A stretch of DNA of 64,000 nucleotides from a virus (taxonomy: Duplodnaviria; Caudoviricetes), in the IMG/VR virus record IMGVR_UViG_2558860250_000001, positions 41,266-105,265 of that record; one strand, written 5' to 3'. Under the pieces are notes generated by a model. The model saw only the letters and a program-made list of their open reading frames with translations. It made no database searches and had not been told where the DNA came from. This document shows positions 12,001 to 23,842 of this stretch, in pieces. The position numbers and the translations under genes were made by a program. The stretch's first letter is position 1. Each line of letters opens with the position of its first letter.

Positions 12001-13242
12001 ATGCATATGACAACTATACGCGTAGTTGACGCTTTGCCAGGTGCAGGTAAGACATCGGCAGCCATCAACATGATCAACGAAGATATGGATGAATTCGGTG
12101 ATAGTGCCAACAATTATGTGTACATAACGCCGTATCTTGATGAAGTTGATCGCATCAAACAATCTACCCACCGTAAATTTTACTCGCCAACGTTCCAAAC
12201 TGTAAAAGGTGAGACATTCACCAAATTCGACTCATTTCATGCTCTATTGGCAGACGGTAAGTGTATCGCATCAACACACGCACTGTTTCAGCGCGCGAAT
12301 GACGAAACAAGGGAACTGATTCAGAATGGAAATTACGTTCTGATATTAGATGAAGTTATGGATGTAATTGAACAGTTGGAGGTGAAAAAGAACGACATCG
12401 ATTTATTATTCGAAAACGGTCTAATCAGTGTTGATGATGATGGATTTATCACTTGGAATAAAGACAAAATGAACTACGAAACGCGTTACGATGACATACG
12501 CGATATGGCACTTAATCACACATTGATTTACTACCGTGACACTATACTGGTATGGGCATTCCCAGCAGACATATTCCGTGCCTTCAAACAAGTATACATA
12601 TTGACATACCGATTCAGTGGACAAATTCAAGCATATTATTATGACTTGTTCAATGTTTCTTATGAAATGTGGCACGCCGAAATAGTCAATGGTCGTTATT
12701 CATTCGTTCCTGGCCCCGCCGATGAGTCACATACGCGTGCGAAGCTACAACAATTAATCAACATATATGATGGTAAATTGAACGATATAGGCGACGCAGA
12801 TTACAGCTTATCGAGCACGTGGTATGATAAACGCAGCGCACTAGTAATCCGTCAACTTAAAAATAACATCAGCAACTACCTGCGCAATATTGTTAAATCC
12901 AAATCATCCGATGCCATGTGGACAACATTTATCAAGCATCGTAATAAGTTAAAAGGGGAAGGATTTGCCCGTGCGTTTGTTCCATGTACAGCACGTGCTA
13001 CAAATGACTATCGAGATCGTTCAAATGTCGTATATGCTGTAAATCGCTACGTTAACCCAATTGTATATGGCTTCTTCCATGACAAGGGTATAACGGTTGA
13101 CCAGGATGAATATTTTTTGGCGGAAATGATACAGTGGTTATTCCGTTCAGCAATACGCGACGGCAAGCCGATTAATTTATACATACCATCGAAACGCGCT
13201 CGCACATTGTTGGTGAATTGGTTATCAGATCATACCCGATAA
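12001..13242 (+). CDS. SF2-like helicase-fold protein (origin-binding/replication candidate)
   Basis: Walker A PGAGKTS, YITP, Walker B LILDEV, C-terminal QWLFRSAIR. Confidence 0.7.
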   Translation: MHMTTIRVVDALPGAGKTSAAINMINEDMDEFGDSANNYVYITPYLDEVDRIKQSTHRKFYSPTFQTVKGETFTKFDSFHALLADGKCIASTHALFQRANDETRELIQNGNYVLILDEVMDVIEQLEVKKNDIDLLFENGLISVDDDGFITWNKDKMNYETRYDDIRDMALNHTLIYYRDTILVWAFPADIFRAFKQVYILTYRFSGQIQAYYYDLFNVSYEMWHAEIVNGRYSFVPGPADESHTRAKLQQLINIYDGKLNDIGDADYSLSSTWYDKRSALVIRQLKNNISNYLRNIVKSKSSDAMWTTFIKHRNKLKGEGFARAFVPCTARATNDYRDRSNVVYAVNRYVNPIVYGFFHDKGITVDQDEYFLAEMIQWLFRSAIRDGKPINLYIPSKRARTLLVNWLSDHTR

Positions 13243-13366
13243 AATTGCGTAAAAATGGCTCAACCACGCGGTTTATAGGGTGTTACCCTTAAAGAGAGAC
13301 TATATTATATAAAAGTGTTGATCCGCGTTGATACAATTGATATAATACAAACGGGAGGCGGTAACA

Positions 13367-14089
13367 ATGGAACGTACAGTAATCGACGCTATCAATGCTT
13401 ATCCATGTCACGCACAGGAAGCACTCGCTAATGTTTATCGCAGCAAAGTGTTTGTTGTATCAATGGCAAATGGTGCAATCGTTAAATTTGCCAAGACTCG
13501 TCGTGGTGCAGAAGGGTACGTAAAACGTCACAGCACAGCATACTATGACGAGTACACGCAATCCATGGTTTCGACCAGTTACGATATCACCGAAGTGGCT
13601 GCCAGTGAAATTGTTGATCCGACCACATCAATCAGCGTATGGTATAACTGGCTGAAGGATGTAAATGGTCACGATTACATGTACAACAATGTACTAGCGA
13701 CAGCGAAACACATAGGTGTAAGCGAAGCAGTTATGGCATATGTGGCCAACACAATCAACGAAATGAAACGTGGCGAATGGTTGACCGTTATCGACGCATA
13801 CGAATCCGCATTGGTTGTTGAGAAGCCATCTCTAGACGTTGCCGAAGTAACCGCACCAACACACGACGTTACATATACGCCAGTATCCAACGTCATCGAC
13901 TTCACAGCACGAAAACGACAACGTGAACAGGACGCCGAGCACAACGCATATATCGACTATTTTATCAACGTCATCCTGCCGAAATTAGACTTTAACGACT
14001 TGCAACGGTTGATTGCATCTGATGGCGACATGGGCAACGAGTTGATGCGGATTATGTTGGCTAAGTCGCTGGAGGAGATGAGGAGGTGA
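13367..14089 (+). CDS. Hypothetical protein
   Basis: GGGAGG RBS; promoter motif 13329-13346. Confidence 0.7.
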   Translation: MERTVIDAINAYPCHAQEALANVYRSKVFVVSMANGAIVKFAKTRRGAEGYVKRHSTAYYDEYTQSMVSTSYDITEVAASEIVDPTTSISVWYNWLKDVNGHDYMYNNVLATAKHIGVSEAVMAYVANTINEMKRGEWLTVIDAYESALVVEKPSLDVAEVTAPTHDVTYTPVSNVIDFTARKRQREQDAEHNAYIDYFINVILPKLDFNDLQRLIASDGDMGNELMRIMLAKSLEEMRR

Positions 14090-14322
14090 CGCATATGTCC
14101 ACCGTACCACCGTTTGAAGAGTGTCAACGCCGTTTTGTATTGTATTGCATCGCGCATGGTTTACAGCCTGGTGACGAGTGGAAACCATATAAATACATGG
14201 CATGGATATGCAAAATGGAAAGAGAATATAAAATCTCACGTGGTATACAAGGTAGATGGACACCAATCGATGATCAAGATGATTTTACGCTGTATATCGA
14301 GCAACATGTCCGCCAAAATTGA
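14086..14322 (+). CDS. Hypothetical protein
   Basis: Coupled ORF with RBS. Confidence 0.55.
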   Translation: MTHMSTVPPFEECQRRFVLYCIAHGLQPGDEWKPYKYMAWICKMEREYKISRGIQGRWTPIDDQDDFTLYIEQHVRQN

Positions 14323-14804
14323 TTGTATGGAGTGAATAAGTCTGTGCGGAAATTGTATGTCATTTACAGGGAATATGGGAAAGTGTGGTTTTTAACTGAA
14401 AGCGAATCATGGCACGAGGAACTAGCATACGCAAAACTTTATGAAAATATCACCGAAGCTTTACAGGATAGTGGGGAAATCGAAGATAGTAGAGTAGGAG
14501 AAGTGACGATGACATTTCACTTAACCCCATCACCAATGCACATACACGTATAGATGTGTTGTCATGGGATATTGTATCAATTAAGGAGGTGCGGTAGATG
14601 CGACTGATAGTGAACGTACTATATGACAATGGCATAGAACGTGAATATGAAAATTTAGTAGACAAAGCATTTAGAGAAAATATACACGCTTCAATCACTA
14701 TACACGACTCTCACCATTGTCGAGTGATAAACGTATCCAAGGTGTCCGACATCCACTTTTATAAAACGATATAGCTGCTACGGCATTTTATATCAACAAT
14801 CATA

Positions 14805-14833
14805 TTGACTTCGTTCGTTTTATATAATATAAT
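14805..14833 (+). promoter_or_regulatory. sigmaA-type promoter
   Basis: TTGACT-17bp-TATAAT. Confidence 0.7.
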
Positions 14834-15355
14834 CATATCAACAAATCACACCGATGACGCCGATTGGCTGAGGTAACAACGGGAGGTACATATTATACAC
14901 ACACATCCGGCTATCACAATGGTCGCACTGGTGCAATTGTGCACATCGATGGCCACGAGTACGCGTTTGAACGTGGTGAGTATACGCTGTCACCGGTGAA
15001 TATGTCAAACAATGGAAAATAGATTACGGAAACGGGTATCACGGATACTTAAACGTGAAGGTGTTTGCGGAAAACTAATCTCGGCGGGAACATTTAGGCG
15101 TCATGATGATTATGGATATTGGTTTGTAATGGATGACGGCAAGCGTGGCGAAATCATGATTAGCGATAGATGTGCAATTGTATTTAATTAAGGAGGTGTC
15201 GTGCTGATGTATGGTAAAAATGTCACACTAAAATGTGATTCATTTACGATTACTGTTTTCGTTTTGTGCAGTCCTTATGACACTAATGAGGATGTGATTG
15301 AACGCGCAAAACTTATTGTGGAGAATAGAATACGAACGACGGAAGGAAGCGTGTT

Positions 15356-18300
15356 ATGATTTCATTCATCGTCAACGCAGCCATTAACATTTACGCAGCT
15401 GTATACAACGCATTATCGTCGCTCCTATGGCCACTTAATTGGCGTATTTGGTGGGCAATTGCGGCTCACACACATCAACGTACTGATTTGGTCGAATCTG
15501 CATATAATATTGTGTTGTGGGAAATGTGCGCTATTGTCGTATTGATTGCATTGGCCGCATACATTGTGGTTCGACGGGTAAGGTGATTCAAATTAATGAC
15601 GTGGCGGAATTTTATGTCGGTAAGGATAAAGTAGTCTTATGTGCCAATTGTCGCATGAAATTTTTCGGTAAGAAAAGTAAGTAGAATTCGAGTTTATGGA
15701 AAGGCGATGACGTGTGAAGAATAAGAAGTATTACAATGCAGGCGGTGCGTTAGGTGTTATAGGAGTAGAAACAGCACACACCGATGGTGACTATACATTT
15801 TTGCCAGACCATGTAATGTCTAATCCTTGGATACGAACAGAAGATTTATACGACACCTACGAAGAAGCAAAGAACAATCCAGTAGCAAGGTTCTCAGAAT
15901 GAAATGCAAGTTCCATGCGAGGGGAAATGTAAATGAAAACATATATAGTTGAAATCCCATTAACGGGATATGTATCAGTAGAGGTTGAAGCAGAATCAGA
16001 ACAAGAAGCGATTGATCGAGCGTTTGAAGAGGCACAATTAGAGCATATCGAAGAATGGGATCTACATCGTCAAATAGTTAGAGGAAATGTGTTTAGCGGT
16101 TTGCGAAATGAAATTCATGTTGAAGAAATTGATGATGACGACGAAGATTGAACGAAACGAGACTTTCGTAGGAGTGATGCCGTTGGTAACGATTATAGTA
16201 CCAAAGACGGTTTCCTTTAGTGAATGTTATGAACCTACATTATATGAAAAATTAAAAAGGAGAAGGGAAGGCATTAAACAGATTGTCAAATATTTAAGAG
16301 AACGAAAAAGTTCTCATGGTGACGTGTCTTTTACGCAAACAAAAGAGGAATTAAAGGTCTCAATATACCATAATGAGACTTGTGAACAAGCAAAAGAAAT
16401 CCGTTCGAATATTCTTAGAATCAAATTTAAATATTGGCAATTAAGGCAAAACTTCATATAGGAGTGATGGATATGGATGAGATAGATCTGAACAAAGTTG
16501 AAGGTTTAATTGAAGAGCTATATTCCAAGAATCATCATGACGCACAGCTTAGTTACGAGGATGCACAGCGTATTTTGAGTTCGGCTTCACAATTAGTTAA
16601 AAAAATTAAAGAACTAAGAGAAAAAATAAACAAAAACATAGGAGGTTAAATAATGAACGATAAAGAAAAGACGTTGTTGCTAGAATTGATTCTGAGAGAC
16701 ATTAGAGCGAATTGGGCATTTGACCTAGAAAAACGTGTGAACGTTGCGTTGAATTTAGCAACAGAGTTGAAGCTAGAAAAACACATTGAACTGATTGCTG
16801 ATTTCCAACAGACGATGGGTTCCAACTGGTGCGATGGGCGTCATTTTAGAACAAGCGTTGAATACGGTGGCTATGAAGGCATGAGTTCTATGCATAACTT
16901 GGAGTACACCTACAATGACAAAAGTGAAGAATTTAAAGCTATGGCATATGAGTATATTACTTACCCTGAGTACGCATTTGAAGATTGGGAACAAATACAA
17001 AACACACTTTTATAAGAAGTGATGGGCATCATGAGAAAATATTGGAGGTAGATTAAATTGACAGAGGTTTATATGTCGCCAGAAACCTATTTAATTTATT
17101 TGCAGGAAGGTTGGTGGATTATTACAGCAAGTAAATACCCTTGTGGGGAAACTATTGTCCCCGTTGCAATAGATGATGAAAAACTTGAAGATGTTTCGTT
17201 TGGGCAAGATTTGGTGGCGGTATTTAAAGACTTGAAATACTATTCACCTTCAGCGTTCAAGGAATAAAACAAGATTTGATATGGGGTGACAGTATGGCTA
17301 AAAAGTCGAAGAATCACGACAATGCAGTTAAAAATGCTTATACTTTTCGAAAGCTATTAGAAGAAGAGAGGAACGCAGAATTAGCGTCCAAAGTTGAGGA
17401 AACGTACAAAGAACTATGGTGTGAGTGTCTTAATGAGAAAGCGCCTTGGACTTGAATAAAATCAAGAGTCTCATTGGAGGTTTGTAAAAAATGAATGCAA
17501 AACAGTTTTATGAACTAGTTCAATCTGGAACACGCCCAGTGATTGAAATTACGCAGGAATATGATGAGGGTGCAGACATTGGAATGCGTATGAGAGCATT
17601 ATCGATCTCAATAGACGACCCCGAAAGTCAATACGCTTGCTACATTATAAAATGCGATTTAAAAGAATTTGAGAATTACAACGAACCATTTGAAAAGGCA
17701 AACTGGTATGACAAGAACGGACAACCAACGTTAAAATGGAGAGAAACGGGTTTTTATCCTCGAGATGGAATTACAGAGTTGTATCTTAATGTGAATGATG
17801 TTGATGATATTGAAAGTGCATTATTTAAAGTGGTTGAAGAAAATACAATTTACAACGAATATGTACAGAGTGAAAGCAAATTGCCGTATGTTGTGTGGTT
17901 AGAGGATAGAGTGAAGTTGTTACAATTTTGTTGTAGAGAATTGGAACATAAGCAATTAAAAACAAAGGTTCTTTAAGGAGGCTAACAAAATGATTAATCC
18001 GTCCGAATGTAGTAAGCATATTATACTATTGTGCAAGGGGCACCATAAATTCGAGGATAATTTAACTGCGGTCAAGCACTTTATTGCTGAATGGTGCGAT
18101 TTAGAAGTTAGTCAAGTATGTAGTTCGACTGTATATGAACTTGTATTAGACGCGATGTGTGAAATTGTTGATAAACAAAAGATTAAGCATTTCATCAGAG
18201 ATATTTTCAGGTTTCAAGAAAGTGTTCATTGCGAAGACGTAATTAGGCATATGATGGCTGTGATTGCAACTACGAAAGTTAAAGACGAACAGAAAATATT

Positions 18301-19630
18301 GATTAACCTGGATGTTGACGATAAAATTGTCCAGCGTATGTTGGAGAGAGCAATGAAATCACAGCAGACCCTCAGTTTAGAACCAACTGAAGGACAAAAA
18401 CAATGGATGAGATTGATGAGTAAGTGAGTATTGATTCCCCTTCCGACAAGTGGTAAATTACGCTTGCAACTAATACTAAGGGTGATGATATGAGCAATCT
18501 TCAATCAGAAATAGAAGCATTGAAAGATGAGATAGCCGAACTCAAAAAGAGTGATAGACGTAAGAATAAAAGTATCATGGAGAGTACGGCTTTGGGTACA
18601 ATCTTTGTCATCGTATTGGCGTTAATTATTGGTTGTGCTGGTGGATATGCCATTGGTAAAGACGTGAATCAACAACGCTCGGTCACTTTAAACTTGCAAT
18701 GAGATATTTGCCTCCGGCCACCATCAACACAGGTGGCTATATTTGCGTCCACATTTTCGTCACAAATTTTATATTATAAACCGTCTTTGTATGATATATA
18801 ATAAGAGTGTACAATACGAAACAAAGGGTGATTGATATGACATACGTCGAACGTTGGTATGCAACGCTAACTCCGCAGGCTAAACTAAAATTTGCAGCTT
18901 TGACCGCACTATACGGTCAGGAACGGATTGCCGATGCATTGTGCGACATCAATGACATTGATCAATTGTTCGATCTAATTGCACAACGTGTGTATGGAGC
19001 AAATTGATAATTTAACGTATGCGCAAAGTTTTTACATATCATAGTTGATTTATATAATATAGTGTAGTATAATGATCCGTGTTGAGGCGATGACGTACGA
19101 TTCGTACAGAGTCACAACAAATAACTTGAAAGGTGGCAATGATCATGGAGCAGGTAACGAATCGTTTCAATGCACGCGAAGCATCCCGCGCTATGGGAGC
19201 CGCAAGTGTAGAAAAGGTTATGTGGGGACACGATGAAATTTCGCATGTCTGTTTTACAGGCGGTACACGAGCACGAATGGCCATGATACATCTACATAAA
19301 CACGATGATGGAACAATGTATGGTATGTGTCCTGATTGCAAACGTTTTGTGTATGCAAATCCACGTAAGATGGTCGGTAAAGGGTATAAATCATTTGATA
19401 CACGCACACAACAGCAGCCACAACGCCGATATGCGATGGCACAGTGAGGAGGATGTATTGTGACAATGGCACCAGAGGAATTTAAAAATAAAATGCAGGA
19501 AATCGCCGATATCATGGATGAAGAAATATCACATCCTCAAGCAGACGATTTGATGTGCGAAGTGTTGGATTCATTGGGATATGGAGAGGGTATAAGTATA
19601 TTTGTGAAGATGCCGAAATGGTACAAATAA
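15356..19630 (+). CDS. Run of small hypothetical ORFs (15356-15586, 15714-15902, 15933-16151 very acidic, 16653-17015, 17058-17267, 17491-17976, 17990-18427, 18490-18702, 18837-19007, 19133-19447, 19460-19630)
   Basis: Co-oriented ORFs with Firmicute RBSs and no recognisable family motifs. Confidence 0.6.
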
Positions 19631-19664
19631 ATAGTCGACACACCCGCATCAATGACGCACACAC

Positions 19665-19689
19665 GGCACCTGGTTACGGGTGCTTTTTT
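19665..19689 (+). terminator. Intrinsic terminator
   Basis: GCACC..GGTGC stem followed by TTTTTT. Confidence 0.7.
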
Positions 19690-19765
19690 ATTTTCATCTT
19701 GAAAAGTGTATTGCATAATTATTTTGATAAATGTTATACTTAAATCAAGAAAGGAGAGGGTTCTG

Positions 19766-20428
19766 ATGGTACAAAGCGCATTCGAACTTGGAAACGTAAA
19801 GTTGGAGGTGTTCGGGTTTGACACAAGGAATGAGGAAATAATCGATATCGCCAACATTGAAGAATTGGTGGAGAACGTGTTTGTGTCCGTCCGCGTAGAT
19901 GGTGATTGGATTGATGCGGGTACACTGGATTGCTTCGACACGGACAACATGACATCGGATGAAGTTGTGGCACTCGAAAACTCTGACCTAGGCATACAGT
20001 CTTGGTTGGAATCCTTGATGAGTACAATCGAAGACTTGCGTAAAGAGCGTGATGAGCAGGAAGCACTACAGGAGTTGTATCAAGATGAGGCTGAAGAATC
20101 CTTTGACCGTGAGGACGCCCGTATTCATGCGCTAAATACCTACAAGACAATCTCGTGGGAGTTATTAGCCCAACGACACTATCCCAAGTGTCAAAACATT
20201 GAGGTTTTAGTGGATATCATGCAAGATAACTATCTCGACGGTGGTATCCTTTATCGAGACGGCATATCGGCAGACAACATTTACGCTGCGGTTGTCGCTC
20301 ATTATCGACACAACCACACAGATTACGATGATGAGTTCATTTTGCGGGAGGATCGTCCCGATATACGCCGTGAATTTAATTCGGTAGTCCGTAACGAAGT
20401 ACGTCAATTTTTGGGGATGGAAGCATGA
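19766..20428 (+). CDS. Highly acidic hypothetical protein (220 aa)
   Basis: AAGGAG RBS, promoter TTGCAT..TGnTATACT at about 19710-19740, D/E-rich. Confidence 0.75.
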   Translation: MVQSAFELGNVKLEVFGFDTRNEEIIDIANIEELVENVFVSVRVDGDWIDAGTLDCFDTDNMTSDEVVALENSDLGIQSWLESLMSTIEDLRKERDEQEALQELYQDEAEESFDREDARIHALNTYKTISWELLAQRHYPKCQNIEVLVDIMQDNYLDGGILYRDGISADNIYAAVVAHYRHNHTDYDDEFILREDRPDIRREFNSVVRNEVRQFLGMEA

Positions 20429-20908
20429 GTAATCAGCATGGAGGTAAACGTCCAGGGGCAGGAAGGCCAGCCACAGGTAGAAAGCCAACAAGGTCAATAC
20501 GAATGACGGATAAAGAGTATGAACTTGTCAAGAAATTTTTGGCTGAATTGCGGTCAAATAATGATACAGTAATTTCGATCAGTCTTTCTGACGAAGAAAA
20601 TGAACAATTATGTGCAAGTGCAGAACGTCTTGGTGAAACAGTTGATGAACGAGCTAAAATGATCATATCAGCCTATCTGTCGGGGATCAGGAAGAAAAAA
20701 AACACGGCGTCGTTTCCCAGAAGGCAGCAAACTAAGAAGGCTACGGAATAACGCTAATTTGTCACTTTCAGATGTGGCTCAAAAAATCGGAATACTGGGA
20801 AGTTCTCTTGGCGATATCGAGCTTGGCAAAAAGAGACCATCTGTACAGACGCTAAAAAAGTTATGCGAATTTTACGGTGTTAGTATGGAAGAAATCATGG
20901 ATAACTAG
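20425..20908 (+). CDS. DNA-binding protein: GGKRPGAGR/RHH-like N-terminus plus a C-terminal XRE HTH beyond an A8 frameshift
   Basis: The +1 frame after A8 (20695-20702) reads FPEGSKLRRLRNNANLSLSDVAQKIGILGSSLGDIELGKKRPSVQTLKKLCEFYGVS, stop at 20908. Confidence 0.75.
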
Positions 20909-21137
20909 TTGCATAATTCCCGTTATCCTATAAGATATACCTTGCGATGGTGCCATTCCGTTCACTCCTGCTGGTTAGTGGGAGTTTTTACGTCCTCTAC
21001 GCGACAATCCAGATATGCACACAACCGGTCGCATCAACCCCATCCAATATCGGACGGGGCTTTGCTGTGCTTTCGATTGCGTTGGAGTGGTCGTTTTCAA
21101 TGACGATGTACGGAAGTTATGCGAAATTGTAGGCGGA

Positions 21138-21365
21138 TCAAATGTCATTTGAATTGAGCGCGTCATCCTCGTACCATTCAACGTGGTCTGGATTATTGCG
21201 GTCGAGTAATATTGTACCGTCGTCCTCGCGTTCAGTTGGCCATATATCCGTATACTTCAACTTGCTAATACCGCGCGTAAGTGTGGTTTGTTCATTCCAC
21301 TCGCGTATGTCCTCCGGCGTCATATTCACCAATTTAGATTTGCGTCGTTTACGATTAATATCCAT
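21138..21365 (-). CDS. Hypothetical protein
   Basis: RBS GGAGGTG; 75 aa. Confidence 0.55.
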   Translation of the reverse strand: MDINRKRRKSKLVNMTPEDIREWNEQTTLTRGISKLKYTDIWPTEREDDGTILLDRNNPDHVEWYEDDALNSNDI

Positions 21366-21629
21366 CTCCGTTCACCTCCAAATATCTCACATACGCGTCA
21401 CGTTGCCGTATATCCTTCGCGTTGGGTCTCGTTGCACCGTGTACGTTTGCCATTGGCGTGTCATTTAGCATTACCTCTTTGCTTATCTATCCTGGGCACA
21501 CGATTACTCAATATCTGCCGCAGCCTATCAGTTTTCTCTTGTGTAGATGGTTGACGCATTTCCTTGGCTATCTTGCGTGCTTGTTTGCCTGTTACAACAA
21601 TAGGACGTGTGCGGAAAGGGATATTGTTG

Positions 21630-22028
21630 TTATTCATTGCTCACCTCATTCACACTAACAGTGATTACACCCTTATATTTCACATCAACGTATTCGCCGC
21701 GCTTAAAAGTTGTATACTGCGTCTCGTCAATGTCATATGTGTTGCCGTCATCCAATGTTAATGTGTATGTAGGCGGATTCCACACTACGGTTGATGTTTT
21801 TCCACTCGATACGTATGAATAAGAGCCAGGTATCATATCCATTGATTTAATGGTGCCAACATCATCTCTAACTGGCTGGAAGAATGACCAAACCCATGCT
21901 CCAATATATACGACAACTAATAAAATGGTAGCACCTATTATTGCCCAAATTAGAGTGTCAAGTATTTTGGAAAAATAATCACGAAATGAATATTTCCTAT
22001 TGTATCGTATCATCAGTATACATCCCAC
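21630..22028 (-). CDS. Membrane-anchored hypothetical protein
   Basis: One transmembrane segment followed by a beta-rich domain. Confidence 0.6.
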   Translation of the reverse strand: MGCILMIRYNRKYSFRDYFSKILDTLIWAIIGATILLVVVYIGAWVWSFFQPVRDDVGTIKSMDMIPGSYSYVSSGKTSTVVWNPPTYTLTLDDGNTYDIDETQYTTFKRGEYVDVKYKGVITVSVNEVSNE

Positions 22029-22657
22029 ACTTTCATGCGCTCAATATCGCCATCCTTTGGCAACTCAACCATACTCAGTTTGCCACGGAACACGCAGCCA
22101 GTGTCGACATATAGTTGATCGTGTACTAGTATCACGCCATCCACTGGTGTATGCCCGTGTACGTTAACCTTGTCAACACCAACAGGGAGTTCGTGGCGAC
22201 CCCATAGCAAATCATCACGTGTTTGTTCTGACACGGGTGTATTTGGCGCCATGTGCGCGTGCGTGAATATGTAATGGTCGGTTTCGTGATATAGTGGCAA
22301 TGTTTTAAACCACGCGACATACCTGTCCAACTCGTACATATACCCTTCAAACGCGTCCAATGTCGACCATCCGCCGTTCTGAACCCACAATTGCATGTCT
22401 AAGTATCCATCGAGTTGATTACGTGGTGATAGGGCATTGATACACATGTCCTCGTGATTACCAGGGAGACAAATGGCACCATCCTTCTTTAGTTGTACGA
22501 CACGCTGCAAGACATCGCGCACACGTGGCCCACGGTCAATGTAATCGCCAAGGAGAACCAATTGGTCGCAATCTGGATTGTAATTTGATTCGAGCAATAT
22601 GGCGTCAAATTGGTCATAACATCCGTGTATATCCGATAGAGCGAGTAGTCGTCCCAT
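22013..22657 (-). CDS. Ser/Thr protein phosphatase-family metallophosphoesterase
   Basis: SDIHG, GDYIDRG, GNHE, HGHTP, DTG motifs. Confidence 0.92.
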   Translation of the reverse strand: MGRLLALSDIHGCYDQFDAILLESNYNPDCDQLVLLGDYIDRGPRVRDVLQRVVQLKKDGAICLPGNHEDMCINALSPRNQLDGYLDMQLWVQNGGWSTLDAFEGYMYELDRYVAWFKTLPLYHETDHYIFTHAHMAPNTPVSEQTRDDLLWGRHELPVGVDKVNVHGHTPVDGVILVHDQLYVDTGCVFRGKLSMVELPKDGDIERMKVWDVY

Positions 22658-23014
22658 TTATTCATCTCCTTTTGAATGTTTGATCGTCCCATCCCATTCA
22701 TTAAATTTGCGCTTAGAAAAGTTGATTAAATTGTCATGATATATATGCTCAGATAATTGTTCCTCGTAATCTAATACAGCATCAATCGCCACTTTCTTGT
22801 AATCTATCTGATGTTCTTCCATACCATCGAAATACTTAACATATGCCGGACGAGAAAATCGACTATTGCTGGTATGTACTTCAACGCCCAATGAACGGTA
22901 AGTAAATGTGTCGCCACAATATGAATTTTTACGCTTGATGTATCCAACAACAACTTTATATGTACCGTTGGGAGTGGTCACTGGATATTTAGACAAACTG
23001 TGTTTATTCCGCAT
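22658..23014 (-). CDS. Hypothetical protein, paralog of 5525-5854
   Basis: LSKYPVTT...FNEWDG. Confidence 0.6.
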   Translation of the reverse strand: MRNKHSLSKYPVTTPNGTYKVVVGYIKRKNSYCGDTFTYRSLGVEVHTSNSRFSRPAYVKYFDGMEEHQIDYKKVAIDAVLDYEEQLSEHIYHDNLINFSKRKFNEWDGTIKHSKGDE

Positions 23015-23258
23015 TAATATCATCGCCATCCTTTGACACACCGTATTCAACTTCAGGAAGGCCATTTGCAATAGCATATCGCGCATCGTTCCTAGATACT
23101 TTCACCGTGTTATAATCCCACCACACGCCGTAGTCGGGGTCGTTGCATCGTGTACACACGTCTAGCGGCACATTGCGTACGGTAACAACTTTCTTGCCGA
23201 TACGGATTAATTCGTCACGATATTGTGTTTCGCAATCTCCGCCACACATACACTTCAC
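23004..23258 (-). CDS. YgiT-type zinc finger protein
   Basis: MKCMCGG...VRNVP..VCTRC. Confidence 0.7.
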   Translation of the reverse strand: MKCMCGGDCETQYRDELIRIGKKVVTVRNVPLDVCTRCNDPDYGVWWDYNTVKVSRNDARYAIANGLPEVEYGVSKDGDDINAE

Positions 23259-23842
23259 TTATCATCACGTCCTTCTAATATCGTACCCGCAACACATATG
23301 TACACTGCAACTCCAGCTAACATATACGGCCAACTGTGGAAATGTACAGTCGCGTCTGCGAAGATTATTAGCAATGTAAGTAACAAAATCCATCCGACGA
23401 GTATTAAATCCATTACACTGGCACGTTTAATGCGTCGAATTAACGTTTGCATTCAATCGCCTCCACGTCGATTTTTATGTACTCCACTGGGTCATCGAAC
23501 ACAAATGCAACACCGCACACGAGTCCATACGTATCACTCTTTCATATGATAAATTGTATATACGGTATATATAGCCATCAAAATTTCAATCACAATCAAA
23601 ATGGCTCAATTATACCAATGCGAAAGTGAGCACACCCATATCAGTAATCCCATTAAAAAGACTGTCCATATAGCGAGTATCCATTGATGCTTGTCCACAC
23701 AATCGCCTCCTGGCACGAAATAGTGTCATCAATAGACATTTATATCACTCCTTTAAAACGCGCTATTGTTACCGAGTTTAGTATTAAACGCACTACCGCA
23801 GCCGATGAAATTTAACATTGTGTAATCACTCCTTGCAATTTG

